The translations under genes and the position numbers were made by a program. A model generated the notes under the pieces. The model was given only the letters and a program-made list of their open reading frames with translations, ran no database searches and had not been told where the DNA came from. 64,000 bases of DNA from Truepera sp. (lineage in GTDB: Bacteria > Deinococcota > Deinococci > Deinococcales > Trueperaceae), in contig CBDCKW010000009.1 in assembly GCA_965218435.1 (NCBI GenBank), forward strand, positions 2,400,001 to 2,464,000, in the 5' to 3' direction. Position 1 is the stretch's first letter, and the number at the start of each line of letters is the position of its first letter. This document shows positions 47,248 through 58,148 of the stretch, piece after piece.

Positions 47248-48483
47248 TTAGGGGATAACCGGAAACGAATCAGTAACGCCTTGGGCGGCTAGGCGTTGTT
47301 GGGCTTGGGTAAGCTGCGCCGCGCCAAAGGGACCCACGAAGAGACGAACCAAACCGCTGTCCGACACACTCTGAGTAACGTTAAAGCCGAGCGCCCCGAG
47401 CTGCCCTCGTAGCGGCTGAGCACTCTTGGCCGAGGCAAACGCGCCGACCTGTAGGTAACGCTGCGCCGTCGTGGTAGCCGGGTTCGCCTCTGGGGTCGTT
47501 GCTGGCGTCGCGCTAAGTGCGCCGCTATCTCCTGCGTTAGCGTTCGTGTTGGCGCTGGCACCGGTATTTGCACCGTTGTCAGCAGTAGCAGTGGACGACG
47601 TACCCGCGCTCCCTGCACTCGAGCCCGCATCTGAAGCACGCCCTACGCTCGCGGTTTCGTTCCCGGACAGCACGTTATTTGGAGCATTATTGTCAGGAGC
47701 AGTTGCAGAACTCCCGGTGTCGGGAGCACTGTTTCCAGAAGCAGCGTCGGGACCGCTATAGGTATAAACCAGCGCGTCGGAGACTACATTGTCAGCGATC
47801 AGGCGCGAGGCGACGCGTTCGGCTCCGTCTCTAGTGGCGTAGGGGCCGATCCAGAGAAGGTAGAGGTCGTTTTGCTGCTCGACCGTAACGGTGTAGCCAG
47901 CCTCCCGGTAACTCTCGGCGAGGCCCACAGCGGCGTCTCTCGAGTCCACCGCACCGGCTGCAACTCTAAAACCACCGTCTTGCACAGCTTCCGGCAACGG
48001 CCCGCCGCCTGCTGAGGTACCACCTTGGGTTTGGTTGGTACTGTTTTGGGTGACGCCACTTTGCGTGGCTCCTGTCTGTGTTCCAGCCGCGTTAGCGGGC
48101 GCACCCGGCTGGGCCTGCCCTACCGAGGTATCAGAAACGGCGTTGGGTCGTCCACCGGGAACGCCGGGGACGAAAACGTCAACTCCGCCGTCAGTGGTGT
48201 CCGAACCCGTACCGGCGGTGTCGGTACCGCCGGTGCTATTTGCACCCGCATTGGAGTTATTCGTACCGGTATTCGTAGTGCCGGAGTTGTTTGAAGCTGG
48301 GGTTTGGGACGGGGTGTTCGGTGAGGAGGTCGTATCGGTGATGGCAAGCTCGGGTGGGTTACCCCGCCGCACAAGTGAAGCGAGCGAACCGCCGCTAAGC
48401 AGCGTCACGACAATCAGCGCAACCACTGCGACGAGCGCCACGCCGATAATCAGGTCGGGCCAATTGCGTCGTAACCAGTCCAT
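47248..48483 (-). CDS. SPOR-domain cell-envelope protein
   Basis: N-terminal TM segment, low-complexity linkers and two SPOR-like domains (LQVGAF...VGPF). Confidence 0.8.
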   Translation of the reverse strand: MDWLRRNWPDLIIGVALVAVVALIVVTLLSGGSLASLVRRGNPPELAITDTTSSPNTPSQTPASNNSGTTNTGTNNSNAGANSTGGTDTAGTGSDTTDGGVDVFVPGVPGGRPNAVSDTSVGQAQPGAPANAAGTQTGATQSGVTQNSTNQTQGGTSAGGGPLPEAVQDGGFRVAAGAVDSRDAAVGLAESYREAGYTVTVEQQNDLYLLWIGPYATRDGAERVASRLIADNVVSDALVYTYSGPDAASGNSAPDTGSSATAPDNNAPNNVLSGNETASVGRASDAGSSAGSAGTSSTATADNGANTGASANTNANAGDSGALSATPATTPEANPATTTAQRYLQVGAFASAKSAQPLRGQLGALGFNVTQSVSDSGLVRLFVGPFGAAQLTQAQQRLAAQGVTDSFPVIP

Positions 48484-48785
48484 GCGCCTATTGTAAGGCT
48501 AAACCACCGCTGTTAGTGAAGACTCACATGAGTAAGTGGCTGTCTTTACGCCTTATGTAACAGGTATTATCCAGTTCGAGCCACTCTGACGTGAGCAAAA
48601 TCCAGTCTGACACACACGTTTTGAGATAAAGGTCAGCTGCCCCTATGACGTGAAACCCTCCGCAGAGCCAGAATCATATGAGCGAGAATCTGACTCAGTA
48701 AGTACGGGGACCGCTGTAGTCGTGTGAGACGATCCCTCGAGTCCCCCTTTAGTAGCTGAACCGGGACGGAAGCGGCTGGTTGAAG

Positions 48786-50474
48786 TTACTGCGTGTACTC
48801 GGTTAGGGCTGTTTGCGCCGCCTCAAAACCGAGGTCGGACGCCGTGGTCCAAGCCGACTGTGCGCCCTCAAGCTGTCCCTGCGAATAGCGTGCCCAACCC
48901 AAGTTGTAAAACGCTTCGGCGTCTTCAGGATTTTGCTGGGTGAGGAGCGTATAGACGCTTTCGGCGTCGGCGTAGCGTTCAGTTGCCAGGTACGCGGCTC
49001 CCAGGTTCAGGCGTGCGTCTGGGTTGTCCGGGCTTAAGCTGACCGCGCGTTCGTAAAACGAAGTCGCTTCGGTGTAGTCGCCCTGCTGATAGTATGCTAA
49101 CCCGGCCCAGAGCTGTGCCTGCGCGTCGTTAGGCCGCGCCTCAGCGACCTCTTGCAGCGCGATCAGTGCGCCCCGGTAATTGCCCTCGCGGTAGAGGGCG
49201 CGGCCGGTGATCGCAGCCGCGTCGAGACGTAAGGGTTGAGCTTTTAGGCGGCTCCGGGCAGCTTCCGCGGTACGCTGCGCGTCGGCGGGTTGCCCCAGCT
49301 GGTCATACGCGGTGGCAAGCGCCAAAAAGACCTCACCACTGGCCCTGCCCTGCGCACGTTCGGCAGCGAGAGCATTTTGTAGCGGAACGAGTGCCCGCCC
49401 CGGCTGACCGCTCTCCAGGTAACTGACGCCCAGGTTGTAAAACGCGCTCCCCGATTCGGGCGTTAGTTTCGCAGCGGCAGCGAACGCACGCGCGGCAGCG
49501 GCGTTACGGCCTAAGCTGCGGCGGAGTAACCCGAGTTGTAAGAGGATGTCCGACTCGGCTTGTGCGTTACCGCTCTGGGCCGCGCGGCGCTGCGCCCGGT
49601 TCAGTGCGGCGAGCGCGTAATCGGTCTGTTTGGCCCCCAGGTAAATGTTGGCGATTAAGGTACTGGCTTGATAGTCGCCAGCCTCGAGCGTCGTCAAGGC
49701 CGGAAGCGCCTCGAGCCCCCGCCCGGCCCGGTACAGGGCTTCACTCTGGGCCATCACGAGTTCAGGCGTCCGTTTGGAGAGGTTCATCGCTGCGCCGTAG
49801 GCTTCAGCGGCCTCGTCAAAGCGGCCTAAAACCTCGAGCTGACCCGCCAACCCTAGCTGCGCACTCGCCCGCACCGCACGCCCCGCTTCGGGCGACGCCT
49901 GCACGAGCGCCTCTTGAAACGCGGCCACGGCCTCTTCGCTGCGCCGCAGCTGTGCGAGCGTCACCGCACGGTTAAAGTGCCCGTCAAAGCGTTCGGGAAA
50001 AAGCCGCGTGACCTCACTGAATTCAAAGAGCGCGGCGCGGTAGTTGGCCCGGTTAAACTCGGCGAGTCCCAAACCAAAGTGCGCGTCGGCCGACATGTAG
50101 TCGAGCGACACCGCCTCTAAGAAGTTTTGCTTGGCACGGTCAAAGTCGCCGACCTCGAGCCTCAGCTCACCCAAATCGAGCCAAAGGTTGAGGTTGTCGG
50201 GTTCGCGCCCCAGCTTTGTCTGCAAGTTGCTCAGGCGAGCCGCCAACTCAGCGGGCCACTCAGACACGGGCGGTACCGGCGGGCGCTTACTCTGGTCGGT
50301 TTGCGGCGCAGGCAGCGCAGGCTGAGCGTTTTCTTGTGGCGTGGACGCAGTTTGAGGTTGGGTCTGAGGCGTCGGCGCTGTTTGGGCCGACGCGAGCGTG
50401 ACGGGCAACGCGAACGACCAGACAGCAACCACAAACGTCAGGGAGAGGCTGGGTAGATTCATAGTTAGCCGCAT
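48786..50474 (-). CDS. Exported tetratricopeptide repeat protein
   Basis: Signal peptide and multiple TPR motifs (AHFGLG, AFYNLG, ARLNLG). Confidence 0.85.
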   Translation of the reverse strand: MRLTMNLPSLSLTFVVAVWSFALPVTLASAQTAPTPQTQPQTASTPQENAQPALPAPQTDQSKRPPVPPVSEWPAELAARLSNLQTKLGREPDNLNLWLDLGELRLEVGDFDRAKQNFLEAVSLDYMSADAHFGLGLAEFNRANYRAALFEFSEVTRLFPERFDGHFNRAVTLAQLRRSEEAVAAFQEALVQASPEAGRAVRASAQLGLAGQLEVLGRFDEAAEAYGAAMNLSKRTPELVMAQSEALYRAGRGLEALPALTTLEAGDYQASTLIANIYLGAKQTDYALAALNRAQRRAAQSGNAQAESDILLQLGLLRRSLGRNAAAARAFAAAAKLTPESGSAFYNLGVSYLESGQPGRALVPLQNALAAERAQGRASGEVFLALATAYDQLGQPADAQRTAEAARSRLKAQPLRLDAAAITGRALYREGNYRGALIALQEVAEARPNDAQAQLWAGLAYYQQGDYTEATSFYERAVSLSPDNPDARLNLGAAYLATERYADAESVYTLLTQQNPEDAEAFYNLGWARYSQGQLEGAQSAWTTASDLGFEAAQTALTEYTQ

Positions 50475-50602
50475 GGTAAGACGTGAGCACAGACGCTGAT
50501 GTTAAATCGCGTACCTAGCTGCGCTTTGGCAGCTGACAGCGTATAAAATTCGTCATTGTGAGGCTGCCTGTTATCTACAGGACAGCCCGTTAGGACGCCG
50601 AC

Positions 50603-51553
50603 ATGAACCGCCATAAATTGTTGCTCCTCATGTGCGCGTTCTGCTGTAGTGCCGTAGCCGAGTCGCCTAATCGCGCAACGGTTCAGGTGAGCACAGTTCA
50701 GAGTGACCACCAACCCGCTATAGTTTCTGCTCAAACGAACCTTCCGGCAGCTCAAAAGGAAGACCCCGAAGTCTTTACCAGGTGCCGCGACGGAGCAGGC
50801 GCGTACTATCAGATGTTTACTCGAGAAGAGGATGACACGGGTGCGCCTTACACCTATATCTCAGCTGATGTGTACGTCGGCGGAGGGGATACCAAAAGCA
50901 TCAAGATTACGGACCCCGGCAAAGAGGTCGCGTTTGCTTTTCTCGGCGGGAACGGCACTGATGGCTGGTGGGTTGACGCGGGTTTACAGTACAGCCCGCG
51001 AGTCAAAGATTGGTCGCTGTTCTTTTGGGACAAAGGCAAAGCGCAGGAGGTCAGGGGCAAGCCTTTTACCTTCCAGAGAAAAGCTACGCCCACGCTTACC
51101 CCGCAAAGCCGCTTTGCGCCAGATCAGACCATCAAGCTCGAGCTGTTCATCCCCCAAAAAGCCGTGCTCGGTGCGCGTACACCTATGGACAACCGCGTCG
51201 CCGTCATTGCTCGCGGTAGACAGCGGGACAGAGATGGTGTGCGCGGCAAAGCGCAGGTGCAGCGTTACGTCTTCGAGGTGCCGAGTGGTTGGCCGAGGAG
51301 CGGTAGGGCGGACGGGCGCGGTATCAATTTGCGTTACACCGCCAGCCTCGCCCAAGTCGGTAAGGTAGACCTGAGCACAGGTTCTTATTTCAAGGGAACG
51401 CGTATCACGAACGTCTATGTGGGCTCGAGCTACGCCACCAAAAGGCCGCTGAGACAGAGCGATATGGCCAGCCTTTGCAGCTCGCCAAACGACCAAGTTG
51501 CAAAACTGCAGGATGGTGCGATTAGTATTGACTACCGTCCGAAGGTTGAGTAG
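50603..51553 (+). CDS. Secreted hypothetical protein
   Basis: Signal peptide; beta-rich; VDAGLQYS motif. Confidence 0.65.
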   Translation: MNRHKLLLLMCAFCCSAVAESPNRATVQVSTVQSDHQPAIVSAQTNLPAAQKEDPEVFTRCRDGAGAYYQMFTREEDDTGAPYTYISADVYVGGGDTKSIKITDPGKEVAFAFLGGNGTDGWWVDAGLQYSPRVKDWSLFFWDKGKAQEVRGKPFTFQRKATPTLTPQSRFAPDQTIKLELFIPQKAVLGARTPMDNRVAVIARGRQRDRDGVRGKAQVQRYVFEVPSGWPRSGRADGRGINLRYTASLAQVGKVDLSTGSYFKGTRITNVYVGSSYATKRPLRQSDMASLCSSPNDQVAKLQDGAISIDYRPKVE

Positions 51554-51704
51554 CCAGCAAGCTTCAGATTTCGCGCTAACTTCTAAAATATAGCCGTACA
51601 ACCGGTACAGCACCGCTAAAAATGAGCCTAAAATCAGCGAAAGACTGCACAGTGCTTAAGGACACGCACCGCTAGGCTAAATGAGTCCAAAGGGGGGACA
51701 AACT

Positions 51705-51911
51705 ATGTCAGCACAAACAGGTACAGACGATAAAATGTACAACCTGGTGAGCGTGCTCTACCACGCTCTTGAGGGTGCCTCGACGTATCAGCAGTACGCG
51801 GGTGACGCCAGCGGGGACAGCGAACTCGCCGACTTTTTTAGGGAAGCTCAGCAGCAACAGCAGCAGTTAGCAGAACGTGCCAAAGAAGTGTTAAAGCAGC
51901 AGCTTGGCTGA
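51705..51911 (+). CDS. Small helical conserved hypothetical protein
   Basis: GGGGGA SD; YNLVSVLYHALEGA.TY..Y..DA..D.EL..FF. Confidence 0.7.
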   Translation: MSAQTGTDDKMYNLVSVLYHALEGASTYQQYAGDASGDSELADFFREAQQQQQQLAERAKEVLKQQLG

Positions 51912-51942
51912 GCTACAAGTTTAAGCTAACGCTCTATATGTC

Positions 51943-51968
51943 ACAGCTCCGAAAATCGGAGCTGTTTT
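51943..51968. terminator. Intrinsic terminator
   Basis: ACAGCTCCGA-AAA-TCGGAGCTGT-TTT. Confidence 0.75.
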
Positions 51969-51995
51969 CGTTATCGGGTTTCTGGCCCTAAAAGC

Positions 51996-53105
51996 CTAAG
52001 CCTTCGTTAAAGCTAGCTGTCCACACGCCCCGCCGGTATCCCGACCCCGGCTAAAGCGTACTGAAACCGATACCCCGGCACGCTCTAACACTTTGGCAAA
52101 ACGTTCAATCACCGGGCGGGGGCTCGAGCGAAACTGCGCCTCGCCCCACGGATTAAAGGGAATTAAGTTTACATGGACGACCAACCCGGCAAGGCGTTCG
52201 GTCAGCAGCTCAGCCTGCCAGAGCGCGTCGTTCACACCGTCTAACATCGTGTATTCGACCGTGACGCGGCGGCCCCCGGCGGCTTGCCAATCGTGCAAAG
52301 ACGCGACGATGTCGTCTAAAGCGTGCGCGTGCGCCGTCGGAATGATCAGTTTACGGGTCTCTTCGTCGGGTGCGTGCAGCGAGACGGCCAGAACGAGCGG
52401 CAAGGCTTCAGCGGCCAATTTGCGAATCCGTGCGGGCAAGCCTACGGTCGAGAGCGTGATACGGCGCGGCGATAGGTCGAGCCCTTCGGGGTCGGTCATA
52501 ATGCGGATTGCGCCGAGCGCGTTGTCGTAGTTAAGGAGCGCCTCACCCATGCCCATCAAGACGACGTTGCGCACCTCTCGAGGCGAAAACCCTTCCCCTT
52601 GCGCGACCGCTAAAAGCTGGCCGACAATTTCAGCTCGGGTCAGGTTGCGACCAAACCCGAGTGCGCCGGTCGCGCAAAACGCGCATCCTGCCGGACACCC
52701 AACCATCGAAGAGACGCAGACCGTTTTGCGACCGCTGTAGGGCATATAGACGGCTTCGGTCTGTTTGCCGTCAGCCAGGGTGAAGAGGTAACGCACCGAC
52801 CCGTCTTGTGAGGTAAAGCGTTCAGTCGCTGAAAAGGGACTCAAGCTGTACGTCGCGGCTAGTTCAGCTCGCCAGCTTTTAGGCAGGTTGAGCATTATGT
52901 CAAAGTTTTCCGCGCCGTGCGTATAAAGCCACCCTGCGAGTTGGGCGCGGCGGTAGGGTTGCGCGGCGGGGGCAGGTAGGGCCGCAGGCCCTAGACCCCA
53001 CAAACTTGGTTTATCCCGGCTCGGTTTTTTAGGGTTTGCAAAGCTTGGTTTCGCAGGCTCAGCAGTTACACCGGGTTCTACGCCATCTACAAAAGCGTCA
53101 CTCAC
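51996..53105 (-). CDS. rlmN: 23S rRNA m2A2503 / tRNA radical SAM methyltransferase
   Basis: [34 protein letters not shown] and GACGQL motifs. Confidence 0.93.
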   Translation of the reverse strand: MSDAFVDGVEPGVTAEPAKPSFANPKKPSRDKPSLWGLGPAALPAPAAQPYRRAQLAGWLYTHGAENFDIMLNLPKSWRAELAATYSLSPFSATERFTSQDGSVRYLFTLADGKQTEAVYMPYSGRKTVCVSSMVGCPAGCAFCATGALGFGRNLTRAEIVGQLLAVAQGEGFSPREVRNVVLMGMGEALLNYDNALGAIRIMTDPEGLDLSPRRITLSTVGLPARIRKLAAEALPLVLAVSLHAPDEETRKLIIPTAHAHALDDIVASLHDWQAAGGRRVTVEYTMLDGVNDALWQAELLTERLAGLVVHVNLIPFNPWGEAQFRSSPRPVIERFAKVLERAGVSVSVRFSRGRDTGGACGQLALTKA

Positions 53106-53629
53106 AACGTTTCAACTTCTTCCGGTGCGCCCTCTTTAGGCAGCACAAAAAACGGCAACTCTTCGCGTAAAGGCTCAATTTCAGCGCGTAACCGGGTAAA
53201 AACCTCCGCGTCGAGATAAGACGCCGACGCCCGGAGTAAACCCAAATAGTAGACCGCGACGCGCGTGGCGTCTTGAAAGGCGAGTTCGGCGCGTTCACGG
53301 CGGGTCAGCAGTTCGCCCATAAACGCTTCAGGGGACTCGAGCGCCCCGCAACCGCCTTGCTCAATCACCCGTTTGAGAAACTCGGTCGTCTCACTCGGGT
53401 TATGCCAAAAGCCGAAGTTGAGCCGGTCGGTCAGCGCCTCAACCTGTCTAAGTTGGCCCCGGTAGTCAGCACTTTTTAAGAGGTGCTTGGCGAGTGTTTG
53501 CCGCTCGAGCCGTAACCCTGCGTATTCAGCTAAGGACAAATAGCCGCCTAACGGCCGCGTTTTACCCCCGACGACCGCACGCAGGCGGTAGGCGAGGACG
53601 TAATCTTGATACTCGAGCAGATGCTCCAC
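53102..53629 (-). CDS. Hypothetical protein
   Basis: Leaderless TATAGT-6nt-GTG; overlaps the rlmN start. Confidence 0.7.
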   Translation of the reverse strand: MEHLLEYQDYVLAYRLRAVVGGKTRPLGGYLSLAEYAGLRLERQTLAKHLLKSADYRGQLRQVEALTDRLNFGFWHNPSETTEFLKRVIEQGGCGALESPEAFMGELLTRRERAELAFQDATRVAVYYLGLLRASASYLDAEVFTRLRAEIEPLREELPFFVLPKEGAPEEVETL

Positions 53630-53857
53630 AGCTCAACTATAAAAAACTTTGGCGGGCCGGTCAGGGTTTCCGACTACCGGCACTGGCCAGTTGGTCTATC
53701 TAAAAAACGTCACAGTTCGGTAGTTTGGTATTTCAACTCTCGCCGAGTCAGTCACTTTTATCGTTCTGCAGTGGAGCGGGCGGTGTTGAGCTATAGTGCT
53801 CATAAATGACATAACACGGGCGCTCCAGTCAGGTTCGGAGGGTGCCGAAAGGGTGAC

Positions 53858-55120
53858 ATGAATATTGACACGATTATGAAACGGACAAAGGTGTTGGGGA
53901 TGGTCTTGGCGGGTGGGAAGGGCTCGAGGCTCGAGCCCTTAACCGCCAGACGTTCAAAACCCGCCGTCCCGTTCGGCAGCAAATACCGCATCATTGACTT
54001 TGCCCTAAACAACATGATGAACTCCGAAATCTTCGGCATGTACGTCATGACGCAGTACAAAGCGCAATCTTTAACCGAACACATTCAGCGCAACTGGCGC
54101 TTCGGTTCGTTCTTAAACGACTACTTCATCACCTTAGCCCCCGCACAGATGTACCGTTACGACGAGTTGGGCGAACAGTGGTACCGGGGTACCGCCGACG
54201 CGATCTATCAAAATATTCACTTGGTTGACGATAACAAAGCCGATCTAGTGGCGATATTTTCAGGTGACCACATCTACAAGATGGACGTTCGCCACATGAT
54301 CGCGCAGCACCGCGAGAGCGGCGCGGACGTGACAGTCGCCGCCTACCCGACGCTGGTCGAGGACGCGACCCGTTTTGGCGTGCTGCAAGTTGACCGCGAC
54401 TTTAATATCATCGAGTGGCAAGAAAAACCCGAGCAACCCAACCCGATTCCAGGGCGCGACACGCACGCGCTCGCCTCGATGGGCAACTATATCTTTTCCG
54501 CCGCCGCCCTCAAAAAACTTCTCGCCAAAGACGCCGCCAACGAAGCCTCGGACCACGACTTCGGACACAACGTCTTGCCGCTGGCGATGGAAGAGGGTTA
54601 CAAAGTAATCGCTTACGACTTTGCCACCAACCCGATTCCCGGCGAAACGGGTCCCAATACCTACTGGCGCGACGTCGGCACCATTGACTCGTACTGGGAG
54701 GCCAACATGGACCTCGTTGACGTGACACCCGAATTCGACCTCTACAACTACGAATGGCCGCTCCGCACCTCCGCCGAGTTTTCACCGCCAGCCAAATTCG
54801 TTCATGAAGAGGACGGTCGGCGGGGACAAGCGTTTAACTCACTCGTCGCCGGGGGCGTGATCGTCTCCGGTGCGACGCTCCGGCGCTCGGTCGTGTCGCG
54901 GCGCGTTCACGTCCACTCGTACAGCACGGTTGAAAACTCCGTGCTGATGGATAACTGTCAGATCGGGCGTCACTGCGTCGTCAAAAACACCATCTTAGAT
55001 AAAAACGTCGTGTTGCCCGAAGGAACGCAGATAGGGGTCAACGCGGACGATGACCGGGCCAGAGGATTTAAGGTCAGTAACAAAGGCATCGTCGCGGTTC
55101 CCAAAGGCTATCAGTTTTAA
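53858..55120 (+). CDS. glgC: Glucose-1-phosphate adenylyltransferase
   Basis: [49 protein letters not shown] and YWRDVGT motifs. Confidence 0.96.
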   Translation: MNIDTIMKRTKVLGMVLAGGKGSRLEPLTARRSKPAVPFGSKYRIIDFALNNMMNSEIFGMYVMTQYKAQSLTEHIQRNWRFGSFLNDYFITLAPAQMYRYDELGEQWYRGTADAIYQNIHLVDDNKADLVAIFSGDHIYKMDVRHMIAQHRESGADVTVAAYPTLVEDATRFGVLQVDRDFNIIEWQEKPEQPNPIPGRDTHALASMGNYIFSAAALKKLLAKDAANEASDHDFGHNVLPLAMEEGYKVIAYDFATNPIPGETGPNTYWRDVGTIDSYWEANMDLVDVTPEFDLYNYEWPLRTSAEFSPPAKFVHEEDGRRGQAFNSLVAGGVIVSGATLRRSVVSRRVHVHSYSTVENSVLMDNCQIGRHCVVKNTILDKNVVLPEGTQIGVNADDDRARGFKVSNKGIVAVPKGYQF

Positions 55121-55351
55121 GATTGGTGAGTTTTGACTACACTTAAGGTAACCGGTCAGCGTGTCTGATACGGCTTCACAACGGGCTTTGTAAGGATTTT
55201 TGTAAGTACCTTTTTCGTCCGATAGCTTACAGCTGAGCAGACTTGTAAAGTGCTACGATAGCTCTACTGAAGACGCCCGCTTTGTGAAACCCGAATCTAT
55301 GACGGATTGCCCGCGGGCGGGCTGTCCGGCACGCCATCTGGAGGCACCATC

Positions 55352-57340
55352 TTGAAACGAACGTTTAACCCCTGGTTCTTTGTTATTCTGATTGTTTTAG
55401 GGGTTGTAGTCTTTAATCAGTTTAATGCGCGCCCACCTGGGAGCAACATCAGCTACTCAACGTTTACCAACCTCGTCAAAGAGAAAAAGGTGAGTTCGGT
55501 CGTTATCGAGCAAAACACCATTCGCGGTGAACTCAAAGCCGAAACGCAAGTTGATGAAGGGGGCCAGACACGCGCGATTCGCTCGTTTGAAACGACGACC
55601 TTGCCGGTCGGCGACCCCAACCTCGTTCCGTTGTTAGAAGCGAACGGCGTCGCAACCGAAGGGCGCGTCCCGTCACAGTGGCTCGGCCTGCTCATCTCGT
55701 TTTTACCGATTGTCATTCTGATCGGCTTTTTCTGGTTTGTCTTTATGCGGGCGCAAGGTGGCCCAAGCCAGGTCATGCAGTTTGGTCAGTCTAAGGCTAA
55801 AACGTACGGCCGCGAAAACAAAGTTAAAACAACGTTTGACGACGTAGCCGGACACGAAGAGGCCAAGCAGGAACTTAAAGAAGTCGTTGACTTTCTTAAA
55901 AATCCGCAGAAGTACCTGCGTATCGGCGCAGAGATTCCTAAGGGAATGCTCCTCGTCGGCCCTCCCGGAACCGGTAAAACGCTCTTGGCGAGAGCCGTTG
56001 CCGGTGAAGCGGGCGTCCCCTTCTTGACCGTTTCCGCGTCTGAATTTATGGAGATGTTTGTCGGCGTCGGTGCGAGCCGTGTGCGTAACCTCTTTGAAGA
56101 GGCGCGTAAGGCGAGCCCTGCAATTATCTTCATTGACGAGCTCGATTCGATCGGGCGGCGACGCGGCGCGGGTATCGGCGGTGGTCACGACGAACGCGAG
56201 CAGACCTTAAACCAAATCTTGTCCGAGATGGACGGGTTTGAAAAAGACACTTCGGTCATTATCATCGCGGCCACGAACCGCCCCGACGTGCTGGACCCGG
56301 CGCTCTTACGCCCCGGCCGTTTTGACCGGCAGGTTACAGTTGGTCTGCCCACCCAGCGTGAGCGCGAGCAAGTCTTAAGGGTTCACGTACGGAACAAGCC
56401 GATTGCCGATGACGTCAACCTCGAGCGTCTCGCCAGCGCCACCCCGATGTTTTCCGGCGCTGACCTAGAAAACCTCACCAACGAAGCCGCGCTGATCGCC
56501 GCCCGTACCGGCAAACAGATCATCTCGTGGATCGACTTTAACGAAGCACTCGACCGTATCGTTTTGGGGTTACGCCGGGGCTCGCTCGTTCCCAGTGAAA
56601 AAGAACGGCAAATTCTGGCCTTTCACGAATCTGGTCACGCCGTCGCCTTTGCCTCACAACCCGACCTCGGCCACATCCGCAAGGTGACAATTATGCCGCG
56701 CGGCGGGGCTGGCGGGTTTATGGCTCCGTTATCCAAAGAAGAGATGTTCTTCTCCCGGGAACGGTTTCAGCAGCAGCTCGTGGTCGCCTTTGGTGGCCGC
56801 GTCGCTGAGAAAAAGTTGACAGGCACCATTTCCTCAGGTGCGTCCAACGACCTTAAACAAGCGACCGATATGGCTAAGCAGATGGTTTTTGACCTCGGGA
56901 TGGGCGGCGAAGAGTTTGTCGCTTGGGGTTCGGATCAAGGCCCGGTCTTTTTGGGTGGCGAAATCAGTCGCCGCAAAGACTTCTCTGAAGAGACGGCTAG
57001 GGAACTCGAGGGCGAAGTCAACAAGATTCTTGGGGCCGCTTACAGCACCACTGAAGCCGTGATTGCCGACAACTGGGTTACAGTTCAAGGCGTTGCCAAC
57101 GCGCTTTTAGAACGCGAGACCATCGAAGGTACGCTGATTGCTAAGGCATACGAGCGCGCTCAAGAAGGTGCGAGCGCCGAAGACATTACCCGGATGATCG
57201 TCGAAGATACCGACGCCGCCGAGCGCCGTATCGCCGCCGCCGAGCAGCGCGCCGCTGAAGCCGACCGGCAGCGCCGCGCTGAACAGCGCCCCGCGCCCAC
57301 CATCGGCCCACGGCCCGCTTCGGAAGGGCCTCGAGGCTAG
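55352..57340 (+). CDS. ftsH: ATP-dependent zinc metalloprotease FtsH
   Basis: GGAGG SD before TTG 55352; two TM segments; [29 protein letters not shown] and GASND. Confidence 0.96.
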   Translation: MKRTFNPWFFVILIVLGVVVFNQFNARPPGSNISYSTFTNLVKEKKVSSVVIEQNTIRGELKAETQVDEGGQTRAIRSFETTTLPVGDPNLVPLLEANGVATEGRVPSQWLGLLISFLPIVILIGFFWFVFMRAQGGPSQVMQFGQSKAKTYGRENKVKTTFDDVAGHEEAKQELKEVVDFLKNPQKYLRIGAEIPKGMLLVGPPGTGKTLLARAVAGEAGVPFLTVSASEFMEMFVGVGASRVRNLFEEARKASPAIIFIDELDSIGRRRGAGIGGGHDEREQTLNQILSEMDGFEKDTSVIIIAATNRPDVLDPALLRPGRFDRQVTVGLPTQREREQVLRVHVRNKPIADDVNLERLASATPMFSGADLENLTNEAALIAARTGKQIISWIDFNEALDRIVLGLRRGSLVPSEKERQILAFHESGHAVAFASQPDLGHIRKVTIMPRGGAGGFMAPLSKEEMFFSRERFQQQLVVAFGGRVAEKKLTGTISSGASNDLKQATDMAKQMVFDLGMGGEEFVAWGSDQGPVFLGGEISRRKDFSEETARELEGEVNKILGAAYSTTEAVIADNWVTVQGVANALLERETIEGTLIAKAYERAQEGASAEDITRMIVEDTDAAERRIAAAEQRAAEADRQRRAEQRPAPTIGPRPASEGPRG

Positions 57341-57362
57341 CAGTCAGTTTTTAGCAATATCT

Positions 57363-57392
57363 AAAGAGACGCGTCACAGCGTCTCTTTTTTT
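57363..57392. terminator. Intrinsic terminator after ftsH
   Basis: AAAGAGACGC-GTCACA-GCGTCTCTTTTTTT. Confidence 0.8.
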
Positions 57393-57418
57393 GGATGAAT
57401 GCTTAGATAAGGCTGAAA

Positions 57419-57895
57419 TTAAGCAGCGTACATGCTCTGTAAAAAGACAATGAGCGCGTCTTCACTGTCAGTAACATGGTCTAGCGGAACCCGTAACATC
57501 GGATTGAGTTTTGCGCCCACAAACGCGGCTCGCACGTCGGTCTGTAACCCGACGAGTAATTTACGTTTACCGCTCAGATAAGCGTGCGCGTACGCGAGAC
57601 CCAGCTCGACACACGCACCTTCGTCGGGGACGCGGCCGTCGAGCACGAACAAAAAAACCTCCGCAGAGAAAATCTGGTCGCGGTCGGTTGCAAAGAGGAG
57701 TTGCCGTTTTTCGTCAGCGGGCATCGTGTCATAAGGTGGGCGGTCACGTTCAACGCCGTCGCGCTGGGGCAAAAACACGTTGAAGTTTAGGGCCTCGAGC
57801 TTTCCCGTAAGCGTCAGATTAAAGCGGCGTTCGGCCGCTGAAAAGAGCGGCGCAGCAAAGTAGAGTTTTGGGAGCGGCGTAGTTAGAGCAGTCAC
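57419..57895 (-). CDS. Nucleoside 2-deoxyribosyltransferase family protein
   Basis: YFAAPLFS.AE..FN, VFLPQ and LDG..PDEG..VELG.AYA motifs. Confidence 0.85.
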   Translation of the reverse strand: MTALTTPLPKLYFAAPLFSAAERRFNLTLTGKLEALNFNVFLPQRDGVERDRPPYDTMPADEKRQLLFATDRDQIFSAEVFLFVLDGRVPDEGACVELGLAYAHAYLSGKRKLLVGLQTDVRAAFVGAKLNPMLRVPLDHVTDSEDALIVFLQSMYAA

Positions 57896-58148
57896 AAAGT
57901 CAGTTTACCTGCAGATTTTTAATTTCCTAGAACCTATCTCAAAAATGGCTTTTTAGACCGAGAGCACCATAGCTTACTCGTAGCTACCTCACCCAGCTCG
58001 GTCGAACCCTTTCGGGCTGAGGTCCAAAGGAGTTTTTGAGCTGGCTTCTAACTACAAAACCCGAGAGAAAGATAGCTACCGGAAGGAGCCTGACATAGAC
58101 TTAAAACCTCAACACGTGATCCGCTGGCGCGTCATAAGATAGTAGGGC

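Noticed and set aside
43900..48330. Gly/Asn/Thr-rich repeats as DNA repeat elements
   Set aside because: They are low-complexity protein linkers within the lipoprotein and SPOR genes
1242..57895. NUDIX, deaminase and deoxyribosyltransferase as one nucleotide-depletion defence system
   Set aside because: They are tens of kb apart with no shared operon or regulatory signal
57961..58030. Riboswitch for the deoxyribosyltransferase gene
   Set aside because: No known aptamer consensus, and the gene has a -10 box 6 nt before its start, leaving no leader
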